From: Takakia lepidozioides
Taxonomy: Eukaryota; Plantae; Bryophyta
DNA length: 64,000 bases
Reading direction: 5' to 3'
Assembly: GCA_030704615.1 (NCBI GenBank)
Contig: CM060733.1
Location: forward strand, 70,122,001 to 70,186,000
The position numbers and the translations under genes were made by a program. A model generated the notes under the pieces. It ran no database searches. It worked only from the letters and a program-made list of their open reading frames with translations, and was not told where the DNA came from. Shown in pieces: positions 49,617 through 63,220 of this stretch; the first letter of the stretch is position 1, and each line of letters opens with the position of its first letter.

Positions 49617-49925
49617 AAGCATTTTTCCCAAAAACATAACTGGAGGTCCTAGGTACATATTAAGTTCAAGTGACACACAGGTTAGAGCAGATTTACAAGT
49701 TACCTGGAGGGCGAATTTCAGAGTGTCCGGAGCATGCAAATGGGTACAACTGCATCTGGTGGAATTTCTTCATTCTGGAGATCGCCATTGCAGGATAAAT
49801 TGCAACCAGAAAATTGCCCATAGGAGCATTTTTCCAAAACTGTAACTGGAGGTCCTAGATACATATTAAGACACGGGCTAGAGCAGATTTGCAAGCCACC
49901 TGGAGGGTGAATTACAGAGTGTCAT
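49617..49925 (+). repeat. Two-copy ~110-bp direct repeat
   Basis: taactggaggtcctag.tacatattaag...tagagcagattt...cctggaggg.gaatt.cagagtgtc present twice. Confidence 0.75.
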
Positions 49926-50229
49926 TGCAACTAGGCCTAACATACTCATCACCAGCACCAAACCAAATACTGTACTCAACAAGGTCTTGACCACCCTCCT
50001 CAGTCAATGCCGACCACTATATGCTCCTCCAGAGGAGTACATCTCAGGGAAGCGCCCTAAATGAACTTTAGGTGGGTACATTTTAGTATGTTATCAGGTG
50101 AAGAAGCATGACAACCTATTAAGAGTTAAGTATATTTTCCTGGGTGACTTCCTCAGATTGAGTGTACTCCTGTGCCTTACGAAATGGCTCAGATCTCAAT
50201 AGCACTGCCGATGCCCAACATTTGCAAAT

Positions 50230-53229
50230 CTAGCCTTTCTTACTGGGTCTTGTTGAAGCAGATTTCAACAATATTTGCTGGCGATCTCTTGCCTCCTGCA
50301 GGGCCCTGGCTCGAAGAAACAATGCACTTCTCTTGTGCTTTGACTTCAAACTCCTGCGTCTGGCACCACATAAAAAAACTTACGAGATCAGTACTTGTCA
50401 GGCATTGGACACTTAGAACATACCATAGCTTGAGCTGCAGGTATGGTACTCCTAGGATTTCACAGGGCGTGAAAACTCAATCTGGAAATTACCAAAACTG
50501 TTCTGCATGACCAACACCAATCAACAAGAGTGTTGATTTGAGCACTGGCGTACGAGAAACTATGAGGTAATTCTCAACACTGGTTCTACAGCTATGTACC
50601 TTATACATGTAAGTGACACACATGGCTGTTGTTGCACTGTAACATTGTTCTGTGATACTGTGAAGAGACGGGGAGAGGAGAGAGAGATAGACCTTAGTAG
50701 TGCAGCCCCAGCTGTCAAGACTAGTCCACCTATTGCCCATAACACCTTTTCTGAAACATCCAGGCGCTCAACCCAGGCATTCAGTAAATCCAGGAGTGCA
50801 CGGCTTGGCCATTCCTTGCCAACCCCTCTCCCAGATGATCCTTTGCCTTCTCCCATGGTCCCAACAATTTCAGCCTTCCCATCAAAACAAGCAAGATGTC
50901 CTGCACTTTTGAGTCTGTTCTCGAATCTCTCCACCATAAACCCTGCCAGCTGACAAAAGTCAGAGCTATTGGAAGTCCACTCCCGCACATGTGCGCAGAC
51001 TGTGTCACGGGGACCACATGGCATCAGGCCCTGCTTTCCAGCCCATCAATTCCAAATAGCTCTTGTGAGTAAGCGTTGAAAGAGTGAAATTTTGCTACTC
51101 AAAATTGTGAGAATTTTTTTTCACAGCAGCCGTAAGAGGAGCAGAAAATTCCATTAAGCAATCATGCATCAAATTACTCACAATGGGTGACCAACATCAT
51201 TACAAAATTTACACGTGTGAGAAGCACAGGGCCAGGATCTTGTCACAGATTCAATCTGCTCAGTGTGAGTTCTCATGCACAGTTCATCTTAAGAACACTC
51301 CCAAGTTTACCACTACTCTGTATTGACAAGATCACAGTTAATCACTTGGACATGTCTGGATAAATCCCTCAAGGTGATGAATTGTGATTGGTCTTCTCAA
51401 TTGCCTCTTCTTTCCAAAAATACAGCAACTTTTCCAATCTCTGGAAGGGAAGTACTTTGACTCCAGCTTCCCGGTAACAAGAAATTGTCAGCCTAAAATG
51501 AAGGTGCTCATCCCTGCAAACCACTTTTGCCATGAAGTATCTAAACTACCATGCTGCACCAGGGTCCATGACTTTACGCAGAAGAAAGAAAGAGATAAAG
51601 AAAAGAATCCAAGTACCATTGGGTCTGATGAGAAAAAAGCATTGGCACAGGAGTCAAAGAGGGAATCACAAAAAGACGAGCACAGAAGTGGGGGTCCTGG
51701 AGATACTCCCATCCGTGGGTCACAAATAGCACATTGCAGAACTTCCCACAGCGCCAGGCAATGTGCACTGCCCTCTCCACCAGTGGCCAGCCTTCCCAGT
51801 GAGGACAATGCGGCATTAGTATGGACGGCACTGCAGCATGTTTGCTTGCGGTAGATTCTGCACAATGTCAAATCATCTGGACCCTTTGAGGCTTTTCTTG
51901 GAGGATGGCCCTCAGCTGTGAAACGCGGAAAGCGACCTCCTTGTGAGACACAGCTTCCTTCCTTCTGTGCTGCATTCCACGGAACCAGTCATATCAGTTT
52001 TTTCCTTAAACAAGCTTTCAGCTGAAGTTTTAGCAGAATTGACTCAGTTTCAGATGTCGAAGACTGCTAGGAGGCCATTTGATGGGCTTCCTCCAGAAAT
52101 TCAACATGGTGTAGTCTTGCAACCAGCCTCATAAGATAGCAACCATCTTGGAACCACTGTGGAGTAGTACAAATACAGATAGTAGAGAATCGTCAACTTT
52201 TGATTGTGCAGGTATGAGGTGGGGAAAGAGCAAGAGAGTCCAGCACTGTTGACTTTGAGCTATAACCCGAGTGGGCATGGGCTGTCTCTCACCTGTCCAT
52301 CAATTGTAGAGAAGAACAAGCTCCTTCCTGGGAGACTTCCAAGTTTGAGGGTAGAAGATGTCAATTCAAAACAACAATCCAAAGAATGCAGTTTTTGCTT
52401 GGAGTTGCATTCCAGAAACCTCCACAATATACGCCCCTCCCTTTGTTTACACCTTGCTGATTTCCCTCTTATCATATCGAACCCCTAACTTTCAGTTTAA
52501 ACGCAGGGCCTCAACAACGCTAAGGTGAAGTTTGAAGACCTTCAATTAACAACCAGTGAGACACTGAGAACGGCATGTGCTGACAGAATAATGAAGCAAG
52601 GGAAATACTAGAAATGGGGTGTACGTCAATTGAATCCTCGTTAAACCCAGTCACTTTGACGAACTCGAATTTCATGCAGACGCCACTCGAGTAATCCACA
52701 CAAGTGTGATCCACTTGGCATTGACGTACTCTCTATGGTTCCCGCCATAGCACGCCCATGTCAAGTTTCAAACGTCACAGTCAGTCTGTTCTACTCCATG
52801 TGCCAGACCGTATGGTACCAGGCAGCGTTTACAGATCAGGTCATAGAATCGTGGAAGTCCAAACAGAAATTATGTACAGTTTAGAGTGCAATGCAAAAGA
52901 TAAATTGACTGAGAAAAAAAAAACAACTCAAAATATTGTCCTTCGCAGACCACACCCTTCAGTTTCACCATACTGATCGCAACCCTAACTATAACGCCAC
53001 AGGTGGGTTCAACCACAGCTATCACTCACTGCCGTTCTACAAGGTTTTGGAAGCCACTTAATTTTCGCTCCTAATTTGATGCAAGACGAATAAAGAGTTT
53101 GGAGAAGAGTGAGAGGCGACGGGAAGCCTCACCCGCAGACCTGGTGCTCACAGAGCAGCAGCAGCACAGAGCTATGGTGATGAAGCACCCAACATAGCTA
53201 CGGCCTGCCAAATGCTTCTGCCCCCTCAT
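50230..53229 (-). CDS. Folate-receptor-family secreted/membrane protein (plant type), 4 exons
   Basis: Signal peptide exon 53229-53133; CVSQGGRFPRF...DLTLCRIYRKQTCC...WEVLQCAICDP..GPPLLCSSFCDSLFDSC; PCGPRDTVC...FCQLAGF; TM VLWAIGGLVLTAGAALL; basic tail ending at 50230. Confidence 0.85.
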
Positions 53230-54464
53230 CTTCCACAATTTCCCCTCCACTGCAGTTCACGGCATGGTGATGAGAAGGTCTCACTTGAGTTGCTTCTTTT
53301 CCGCACTGCTTCACTGAATACTTCCCATGCTTTGCATCAGCACTGCAGCCGTCGCCCAGCAGGGCACCAAGTAACGTGCTTCAAACTGGCTTCTCGCACG
53401 CGTGGCCCTCGTAAGAAACGCTTCAAATTTTTGTAGTGTATTTTGTAGAGGGTAATGCCCTGAGTGGAGGCCATTACCCTGCGTAAGGAACTGCTGCAGA
53501 TTTCTTTTTCTTTTCATCATTTCTGTATCTTTCTCCCTACTAGTAGCTTCCTATTAGGGTGGCATGTGGCTTTTCTTTCCACCATTATTGTCTGTTTCGC
53601 TGTTTCTGCCACAATGGAGGTTGGCAGCGAGCATGAGGCTTGTGGAAGTGCGAAGCGACAGTGTTTGGTACAATATGCCAGATAAAATATTCGTGCAGGT
53701 TGAGCAAGATCATATTCGACAGAATTCTGCTATGTCACGCCACTTCCCTGCGTCGTCTTCTCGTATGTAGAGAGGCCATAACTTCAATAATATGCAAAAT
53801 TGCAATATTATCACTCTTAATCTCAGTGTTGATGCTGTTGAAGCGGCTACTTTACTTCGAGCTGCACTTGCGAACAAAGCATCTGCGGCGCAGGATTGAT
53901 TCAGTTTCTAGGAATTCAAGTTTTAGGGAAACTGCATATTGCAACTACATTGTACAGATATTTTTTGCAGCACATTGTTACACTGATTTGTTGCGGCATG
54001 ATTGTTGCTTTCCTGTAAACGGGGCAAACTCTGCCAAAGATGATAAAAAGAAATGGGCAGGTGTGTAATGCCCTAGTACTCGTGGGGCTGGCTATTATGC
54101 TATATAACGAGCATATATTAGTAAAGAGAAACAAGGGTGACCGTAATTTTTACAAGGAATGAGTGGTTGGCACTCCGCGGTTGGGACGGTAGGAGACCCG
54201 GCAGAGATAGCCCGGAGGCAGACCCGCCGCCCGATCACAATCTTGGCGCGTTGACCGATGACATTATATCTCTTGACCTCACAAATTTAATGTACCGTGG
54301 TTGGCAGGGTCCTGTATGTTTGGCAAAAGTGCCGTGACGGAGGCAAATTTAAGGTGGGGCCTGCAGCAATTCTACCGGGCTGAGGCAACCGTGGAGCAAC
54401 CTGTACGGCCTTTTTAGGACCCCGCCACGCTAGATTGCCGCTTTTGGGCAGGCACCGGGACATC

Positions 54465-55145
54465 GTGGAGATGCTCTAAGAGCTTCCCCACTAATGGCTC
54501 GGTATATGGGTAGGGATGCTCGCTTGACTCCCCGTGTGTCTGACGTTGACTTGTGTGAGACATAGCGGGCCCGGAAGGACACGGCAAGGTTCGGGGTCTG
54601 CAGACAATTTGGAGTGCACGGAACCTTACCGAGCGTTGTAGCGTGCACTGGTAGGGCATGGTTTTTGTGGTTTTTCTCTCTGACACGGAATTTTGCCGTT
54701 TCCGTGGCTGATAGTGGGCCCTGCTGGGAATGCTCTAAGAGCATCCCCACCATTGGCTGGGTATACAGGTACATCAATTGCCTTTTATTGAGGCATGTGC
54801 AGAGCCGGCCACCAGAAGATGAGAGGGCTGCAGACAGAATGCTCCCCACTGGTGCACGCTAGCGCGCACGCCAAACTTCTTGCTCAACCTCCCGCTGGCC
54901 AATGTCTCACGCGTGGGAGGCACGCTCATGCTCGCTTGACTCCACGTGTGTCTGCATTTATGGTACGTGGGAGATAGCGGGCCCGGAAGGACACGGCAAG
55001 GTTCGGGGTCTGCAGACAAGTTGTTGCGCCCTGAACCTTACCGAGCGTTTAGCGTGCCCCAGTGGGATGCCGTTTTTGTGGTTTTTCCCACTGACACCGT
55101 ATGTTGCCTTTCCGTGGCTGATAGCGGGCCCGGTGGAGATGCTCT
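54465..55145 (+). repeat. GC-rich ~400-bp tandem duplication, probably TE-internal
   Basis: gctcgcttgactcc...ccggaaggacacggcaaggttcggggtctgcagacaa...ttccgtggctgatag repeated near 54520 and 54930. Confidence 0.7.
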
Positions 55146-55829
55146 TATAGGGCATAATGTAATGCGTAAGCAGGCCGGTGGCCGTAAGCAACTCTCTAGG
55201 CTGGCTCGGGCGTTCTGCTGTGTACCACACCGCGCCAGCCTAGAGAGTTGCTTACGGGCACCATTAGTCCACTTAGCAGCAATTCTACCACAGTTTTTAC
55301 TGCATAGAGGAGCGCCAAAAGATGAAGAGGGAGCGCCAAAAAACATTTACGCTCGGTAAAGAGCTGAAGCGCGGGCTTTTCACCTGTTTGCGGCCCCCAT
55401 AGAGACTCGGGCTCCGCCCTCGTCTCTACAGGGGCCTTAAATAGGTGAACGCCCTTGCTCCAGCTCTTTACATACCTCACGAGCTTGAACATTTGCCAAG
55501 CAATGAAAAGGTCCGGGGGTTGAATGCGCCCTGGGCGGGTGTGCCTGCGGGGCCTACCCCTCCCCCGCCGCCTCACCTCCTTGGCGGGTGTTGCGGCAAC
55601 CGCGGTTGCCGCTACGGGTCCCTCCCCATTTGCGCGCCCCGCAGGCCGCACGCCCGCCGCCACTTCTCACTCAATGTCGTAATACATGACTCATGTATTA
55701 CGACGTCATGTTGTACACAACCATCCCATGATGTACCGTATATGGACGCATCCAGACATTATGATATAGGCATCATGGTGATACACGCATGTTCATACAT
55801 GACATTCAAAATTCAAATTTCTGCACATC

Positions 55830-55895
55830 GGCTGGTAGCTCAGCTGGTAAATGCACAGTGTGTCGCCCTGGTGGTTCAGGGTTCAAACCCGCTGC
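55830..55895 (+). repeat. tRNA-derived SINE-like head
   Basis: tagctcagctggt A-box and gggttcaaaccc B-box; stems do not form a canonical tRNA. Confidence 0.5.
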
Positions 55896-56479
55896 CCTAG
55901 CTTGCTCTGTGTGTGGGATTATTCGTGACGGTATGTCTGGGCGTTGATCGTCATGTAGGTTTCATGGCCCATAAATGAAAGGGGGTTAATTTTTCCCCCT
56001 CCTCAAGGACCTGAAATGCGGGCTGTCACTCCCAGGTTTCTTTTTGTGTGTATTTTTTTTTTGTAAAAAAAATCCTTGGAATTTTTTTTTATAATCACAT
56101 TGTCTTTTGCAATGAATGCACGTCATCCTCCATGTCTCTCCATTCTCATCCTCCCCTCCTCCTCGTCCCCAAATTGTTCTGTCATCATTCCTGCACCCGT
56201 GTAGCGTGTATCACCCGTGCTACCCCTGTGCAACCCAATACTGCACGACTGTTCATCATGTCTGAAGAAAATAGAAGTGAAGAGATAGTCCCCCATCTTG
56301 TTTGCAAACTCAGAAACCAACTGCAATACCCGAACCTAGGTGCTTTCAATCAGTGTTATAGTGGCGTTTCCAATGGCATGGCAGGCCTGCCGCGAAAGAC
56401 AATGCGGAAGTGCCTACATTCCATGGAATCGCGTGAAACATATTTTTGCAGGAACATAAACTCGACTCTGCTAAAATCC

Positions 56480-57515
56480 AAGCTTTAGGCTCTTCTTTTT
56501 TGCCTTCATCCGCTACCTGGTGGAGCCGTACTATAATTCATTCTAGAGGGGGAACTGTTGTCCTCATTTCCCCCTCAATTCTTCTTTTCTTCTCTCTAGG
56601 GTGGAGTCTTGGTTGCAAGGCCGCATTCAAGTGGCCTTCACCACCTCTACTTCTCCTTTCCAAGCTTGCACGTTTGTTAATGTCTATGTGCCGAATCTAG
56701 CCACTGACAGGATAGAGTTCTGGTCTTTCTGAGGCTTCAAATCTTGGCTTGCCCTGATGTTACTCCTTGGATTATCAGAGGTGATCTCAACATGGTAGAA
56801 TGTTCGAGTGATCACCTGGCTGCTTCCTCTCTATCCTTGTCTACCGAAGAGTTGGATTCTTGGGATTCATTGTGTCTATCTGTTGGCCTCTCGAAAATAG
56901 TGGATCACCCCCACACCGGATTACATTTTACCTAGTCCAATAATCGTTAGCTAGCTGATCTTTGCATGGCCCACCTAGACCGCTTTTACTGCTCTCCAAC
57001 ATCGTTTATCTGGGCTTCCCCCCATGACCAGAGACCCATTCTTCCAGGGTTTGACCACGTTTCTGTTCGGAATGATCTCTCCCTTCCTAGCTCTCATGGT
57101 CGTGGTTTCTTTAAACTAGACCCTGCCATTTTAGCAGTTCCCTCTTATTTCCAAAAACATAATCAAATCAACCTAGACAAACACTGGCAACAATTTCTCC
57201 TCTCCAACCCTCAAATTTCTCAAGAAACTTGAGGCAGTCCGGAAGATAGCTTAGGCTCTTTCCAGGTCTTTTGCCCTATAAAGATCTCGCAAGGAGAAAG
57301 CTCTCTTTGAAGTGTTTAGCTCAATGCCAAAAAGTGATTGAGGCTAATAGGGCAGCTCCTCAAACCTGGGACTCTTATTACTTGGCCAAACAAAATCTGG
57401 CAGATATGCTTAAGGCAAAAGAAGATAGCCTCAGGCGTAAGACTGGCATCAACCGGTCCCTGCAAGGAGAAAAAATGACTTGGTATTTTTTCCTAAGGCT
57501 AAGCATCGACAAGTA
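56480..57515 (+). mobile_element. LINE ORF2 AP-endonuclease region remnant
   Basis: NVYVPN, PWIIRGDLNMVE, HFT, HLDRFYCS, DHVSV, FFKLD motifs with stops. Confidence 0.75.
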
Positions 57516-57599
57516 GCAACCACTATCTCTTCTCTGAAAAATGAGCTGGGTGTTCTCATCCACAAACCAAATTAAGAAATGGCGAGTCTGGCTGCCTCC

Positions 57600-57820
57600 C
57601 ATTTCACCACGCTTTTCATGCTCCCACATTTGGCATACATGTCCACGAGGGTATGGTTCAGTATGTACAATTCCAGCTTTGGCGATGCAACCATGCACCT
57701 CTTTGCCCTTTTCCAGCACACGCACTGCAAACACATACAAATGTGATGTGGTCGGGCTTCATCCCTTCCCCCATCATTTGCTCATAGGTCTCCAAAGCCT
57801 CCATCCCGCACCCCTGCAGC
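57600..57820 (-). pseudogene. PPR fragment
   Basis: MEALETYEQMMGEGMKPDHITFVC, EKGKEVHGCIAKAGIV, VDMYAKCG. Confidence 0.8.
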
Positions 57821-58445
57821 CTATGTCAAACTTGACTTCAAACCAACTCTGAAATGAAGGCCATTGCAAGCAAAGTCAAACAGTTCTGTTCAAATTTCAA
57901 CTTTTCTTTTCTCACTTCAATGTGAGTTCTATCCACAAGACCTCAACTTCAGTAAATACCTTCTCCATGACAGATCCCCTCCACTACACTTCTCCATAGC
58001 GTTCACCATCCAGTTGTTTTCTGTTTCCATATCACTCAAATTCTTGAACTTTACAACCTTCACTCGCTCACCCAATGTCGAAAGCCACATTAAGACATCT
58101 CTATGCTTGATCCTTCATCTGCCAAGACAATCTAGCTCAGCATGGATTTCCTCAATTCGTTGAGAGCTTGCAGCTTGCAAGGTGAACGATGGCGGAAAAC
58201 GCAGAGCTCCTGCAGTTCAAGAAGATCAAGATCCGGGCATTGCGGGCAGTTCCGAAAAAGTTGGCACGGCGCTTTCTATTGGCATATTTTGGGCGGGCAG
58301 TCCGGGCAGATTCCAAAGAATTTGACGACGAAATGTGGCGACGATGACATGGTGATGATGACATGGCGACGAAAACGTGGCACTATGGCACCCTATTCCT
58401 GCTCTACGGTAAACTAGCTTCCGATCTTCGGTCGTCGTCGCTAGA

Positions 58446-61039
58446 ACTAGGGCTTCGCGTTGCTCCGCACTACTAGCGACGAATTGTAAGAACTACGTTC
58501 AAGTTTCACAAAAAGGGCTGCATCTCTAAGTTGACATGCCATGGATATTCAGCAAATACGACATTTTTTGTCGTATATTCATGGGTTTGTGCTACATCCA
58601 ACCTATATTCGTGTCATAGTGTCATGCATTATAACCACATGATCATGATATCATCATGATCTTAATAGATATATTATACCAAAACAATACGTCGATTGGC
58701 GTGTATACTGGGCCCACTTGCACCAACTCACAAATGTTTGAGGAAGGCAACAAATCACTTTTTCAGGGGCCAAACTAGGATGGAAACAAGGGTACATATT
58801 TTCATCATTGTCATTTTCTACACATACTGGGAATGAGATGCGGCAAGCAGCAGCATCACCCAGAAGCTCAATCACAGCTGACTGCATATGAGCCTGAAAC
58901 TTGGCATAGTGCTCGTCCAGGCCACCATCCATGGCAACCACAGTGCTTATCCCACTTTCTAGTTCATCAGAGCGACGCCTGTCGACTAATTGGTTCTGAC
59001 CAGAGGCCTGGCCATCTCTACCAATCTTTTTCAATATACCCACAATCCCAGCAGCAGCCAACTATGCCCTCGCGCTCTGCAACAATATCGCATACCTTGT
59101 ACACAATCTTCCGAACCGGTAGTGAAGTATTTTGGATCTGTGGCAGGCCCAAACCACTCTGATTCTGTCAAAAGATAGCCCTCACTCATGCTTGTGATCC
59201 ACCATATCTCTGACAATTATCAATCTCTTATGGTGGATTTGACATCAAGATGTAAACTCCAAACTGTTGATTTACAGTGCAGAAGATTAGGTGGTGGCTA
59301 GGGAATTACAAAAAGTATGTTGCACTACATCCAGGGAAGCACACCACTCCTGGCAACATTGCCTTGTTCAATTGTCAACTGCCAACAATTTAGGCACAAA
59401 TATCACTGGAGACCAGCATAGTTACATTAGATCAAAACCATTTAATACCATGTCACCTATATCAGAGCTATTAATATCACAGCTCAAAGCATGTGAGAAC
59501 CTAGTCTCCCCACAAGGCAAGGGGAACAGTGTTCCACTTCGTTGAGATATTAGATACCTCCAACTTCGAGCCGCAGTTCCATGAATTTGTTGTGATGAGT
59601 TCCAACAGCAGAACGCCAGTGGGGCTTGTTTCTATGGTGTCGTCCCTTGCAGTGGGGCTTGTATTGACCCTCTATTGACCCTCTATTGCTACAAACATGG
59701 GCCACAAAACCATCCTCAATGCCCCCACATGCTAGTGTTGAGGCCCATGGCTGAAAGCCAATAGCATCTGTGATGTCAACAAAGTTGAGACCAACAGAGA
59801 GGACTCATGTCCCTAGAACAAATGACATCACGAAGAAGGCATGGTATTGGTCCTTGCGGCACATGCGCATTGTGTATATGCCTGTCACACCCTGGGAGCC
59901 CACAATTTTTACAAGTGTTTGCTTAAATGGCAGAGATGTACATTACAACAACAAATATGCATTTTTCTAACCATGGAAACATGTTGTAAAATTGAAAGAG
60001 GGAATTCAACTCAAATCAATAGTGCTGATGTTCACAATCAGATTGTCCATGTCCATCCATTCATAGGTTGAGCAATCACAGGCCAAACACTTAATCCTGG
60101 TAGGTGAAGTTCCTTGTTCTAACCTACAGGTAGACTTTCATACCTGATATATAGGAGGTGGTTAGCAACTTTTCAACACTGATTCCATTGCAAACAATAC
60201 GCAAATACCTTTCATGCCCTGCATCGCTGCATGCAAACATCTGGGCCTGCTTCTCCCCATGGTAGTCAACTAATGCAAAATCCACAATTGGAGCCAGGTT
60301 CTAAATAAGACTGCACAAGTCAGAGTGCCACTGACACTGCACCGGAGAACCTGGCCATCGCCCATCTGCACCAATACAACTCAAAGAAACCTCCATTTGT
60401 CCACAAAACTACATTGCAAGGGGAGCATCTGTATTGACATTGTCTCACTTGAATTTGTGGAATCCCCTCTTGTGCTTGAACGTCTAACTGTGCAATATGA
60501 ATCTCCCCTGTATCCATGGCAAGTGCCAATCTAGGTCAATCGCCCCCATCTGGCTCCCAACTCCATGCAGTGATGGTTGGTAAAGAGGAGACATCCCCAT
60601 CCACATCCATTGCCTCTGAGGTTTCCCCATCGCTCATATAAGCAATATACTGATTACATGTTGCATACCTTCCTCTAGACATAAGCTCAAGCAAGGAAGA
60701 TGCTGCAACACTGTTCGAGCTCCCTTCTTCTTCATCTAATTTTCTTCGAAACTTGTACACAGCAGCTGTGCGGGGATGCGTGGGAGTTCTCAGATCAAGA
60801 AGCAAGAAGTCCCCTGAACGAGAAAGAAGGACAAAACCCAGCTGTGCAAATTCCGGGTGCAAATTCCGGTTTATTTTCGGGCATTTCGGGCAGGGTCCAA
60901 ATAATTTGACGTTGATGACGTGGCTACGAGACGTGGCAACGATGACATGGCAACGAAACGTGGCGACGATGACATGGCACTATGGCACCATATTCCTGCT
61001 CTACGCTAAACTAGCTTCCGACCTTCGGTCATCGCTAGA
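58446..61039 (-). mobile_element. Helitron2-like unit (minus strand) between two tail-to-head junctions
   Basis: Junction sequence cgctagaactagggcttc(g/a)cgttgctccgcactactagcgacga at ~58439 and ~61033. Confidence 0.6.
58680..60862 (-). pseudogene. Captured fragment of an RSE1/SF3B3/DDB1/CPSF-A beta-propeller family gene
   Basis: ITAWSWEP, LAMDTGEIH, NLAPIVDFALVDYHGEKQAQMFACS...LRIVCNGISVEKLL; stops and frameshifts. Confidence 0.7.
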
Positions 61040-62984
61040 ACTAGGGCTTCACGTTGCTCCGCACTACTAGCGACGACTTCTGAGAACGACCTTCAATTTG
61101 CCTAAAAAGGGGTGGGTCATCCCCAAGGTGTTACATACATAGATCCTTTGTTTTGTTTTTTTGGAAGTAAAAAGGCGGAGTATTGTCGGAGGTATCATGT
61201 CACGTCTCCGCATTTCAACGTTCCATTTGCACAAAAAAGGCTGGGGTCATCTGCAGGGTGTTACATACAATCACCCCATGTTTCATTGTCTCCGCATTTC
61301 ATTGTTTGATGCAGCTATCCCTATGTATGTCCAAGAAGTGATGGGGAGTTGAACCCCATTTTCTGCCCGATATGCAGACACTCCCCACCCCCACCCCCCT
61401 TTTCTCCCTCCCCCACCATCCCCCTTTTCAATTTTCACAAAAAGGGCGGGGGCATCCGCATGGTGTTACATACACACATCCCATGTTTTCAATGTTTCGT
61501 GCAAGAAGAATGGCTATTCAGGCTGAACGGCGTAGCTAATAAAACACAATTTCAAGACTATGAACTAAAAGATAATCCCGTTACCGCATATAATGGGGAG
61601 GTAGACCTGCACCTGGATGTATGGGTAGTTGCAGGGTAAGATGGACCAAAAACGGCAGATGTTGCCTTCTATGGAAATCCATGACCAAATTTAAAGTTGA
61701 CGATATCTTCCCAAATAATTCAAATGATGATAGACATTTGGTCTTACCCCAAACAACAAAGATAATTTTTACTATAAATTTTAGTCTTTAATTTGAATAA
61801 GATTTGATATATCAAAAATTAGAATTTACATCAAATCCACCTATATATAACACTCATATTAGTCCATAGGTAGTAAATGACAGCTGATATTGTCATTTTA
61901 TATTGAAATCTGGAGTGTTATCTAAATTGGCTCCTTTAGCTCAAAAGTTCAAGGCAATACACCAAAGGCACAATGGCTAATTTTGAGTCCATGTGTTTTC
62001 ATTTGCAGCGGTGACAGTCCACGATTGTCGTGCTCAAAAGTCCATACCTCTTGGACATTTTATTTGATTGACAATTTGACGGTTGATATAGGTAGATATT
62101 GAAGTTAGGAATTCGGCACGGAAAATGTTTCTCAACATTAAATTGATTCTATTCAAAGCAATTCATGATATCATGCATGACAGTCACTGAAAACTGTGCC
62201 GGTGACGTCAATTTTGGTCCACCTTACCTTGCATCTACCCGTATATTAAGTATGGCTTGGCCAGTTTCCTACAAACAATATAGAGCATGGTGGGCGATGT
62301 GGCAAGTCTGCATCCATTGGTACTTGGACTGGATGAGAGGAGGTTGGTTGGGATTGTGGGAAGGTGGTTGTGATAAATCTGTGAGTGAATTGTCACTCAG
62401 CTGGAGGACCCTAGTTGCCAAGCACAAAAACATGTATATGATGTAGTACTATCCCTCAGGCCGAGCGCTAGTAAAACATCAAGGCCACCACGAGGAATAT
62501 GGAGAATCTCGTCAAGTATTGATCAACGAGCAACAAGGTCCAATTACAAGATATGTAGGATACAACAATGGCTTCGCCTGTACTCAACTACACATACTAA
62601 TGGAGTTTTCTCCTTCAAGTTCTGAAATTGGTTTGGTAGTAATCTTCAATTTGAAGAAGATGTAATGATCACTTCAATCTACGTTAGCATGTACTCAGAA
62701 AATAATTTGTAACAACGTCTCAGAAATAATTTTTATTATTTATTTATTTTTATGAACAGGGGGATGATCAGTTCCTTTGGCTCTGCTCATAGGATCGAAC
62801 TTGTATTCAGTAGTCAGATTTTAGCTTTCTCTCGCTCTGAGAGGTATGGTTCCTGGCCTCACAGATTACGGTGTGTGTGCCTTATGGTGTAAACCGGGGT
62901 TTTAATTATTCCCCTGAATAATTTATTAATAAATTAACCAGGGCTTCATTTTTAAATTTGAAAGAGGAGATATGAACAATTTAT

Positions 62985-63220
62985 GTCATTAAACATATCA
63001 GCAAGGGCAGTCTCTAGAATGATATCTGGTGTAATTCCAGCTTTCATCATGTCAGCATGGATCTCTTTCCCCTTTTCAAGGGCTCATATGCTTGCACGCC
63101 CATTCAGAACACCAAGGATGGTGACCTTGTTGGGCATCACTCCCTCCCATTGCATCTGTTCATACATTTCAAAAGCTTCTCTAACACCCCCATGTTGAAC
63201 ATATCATGTGATCATCGTAT
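62985..63220 (-). pseudogene. PPR fragment
   Basis: EAFEMYEQMQWEGVMPNKVTILGVLNGRASI.ALEKGKEIHADMMKAGITPDIILETALADMF. Confidence 0.75.

Noticed and set aside
49759-49772. gtggaatttcttca matching the left flank of element 2 as a possible right TSD
   Set aside because: No TIR or subterminal repeats precede it and the LINE does not resume after it
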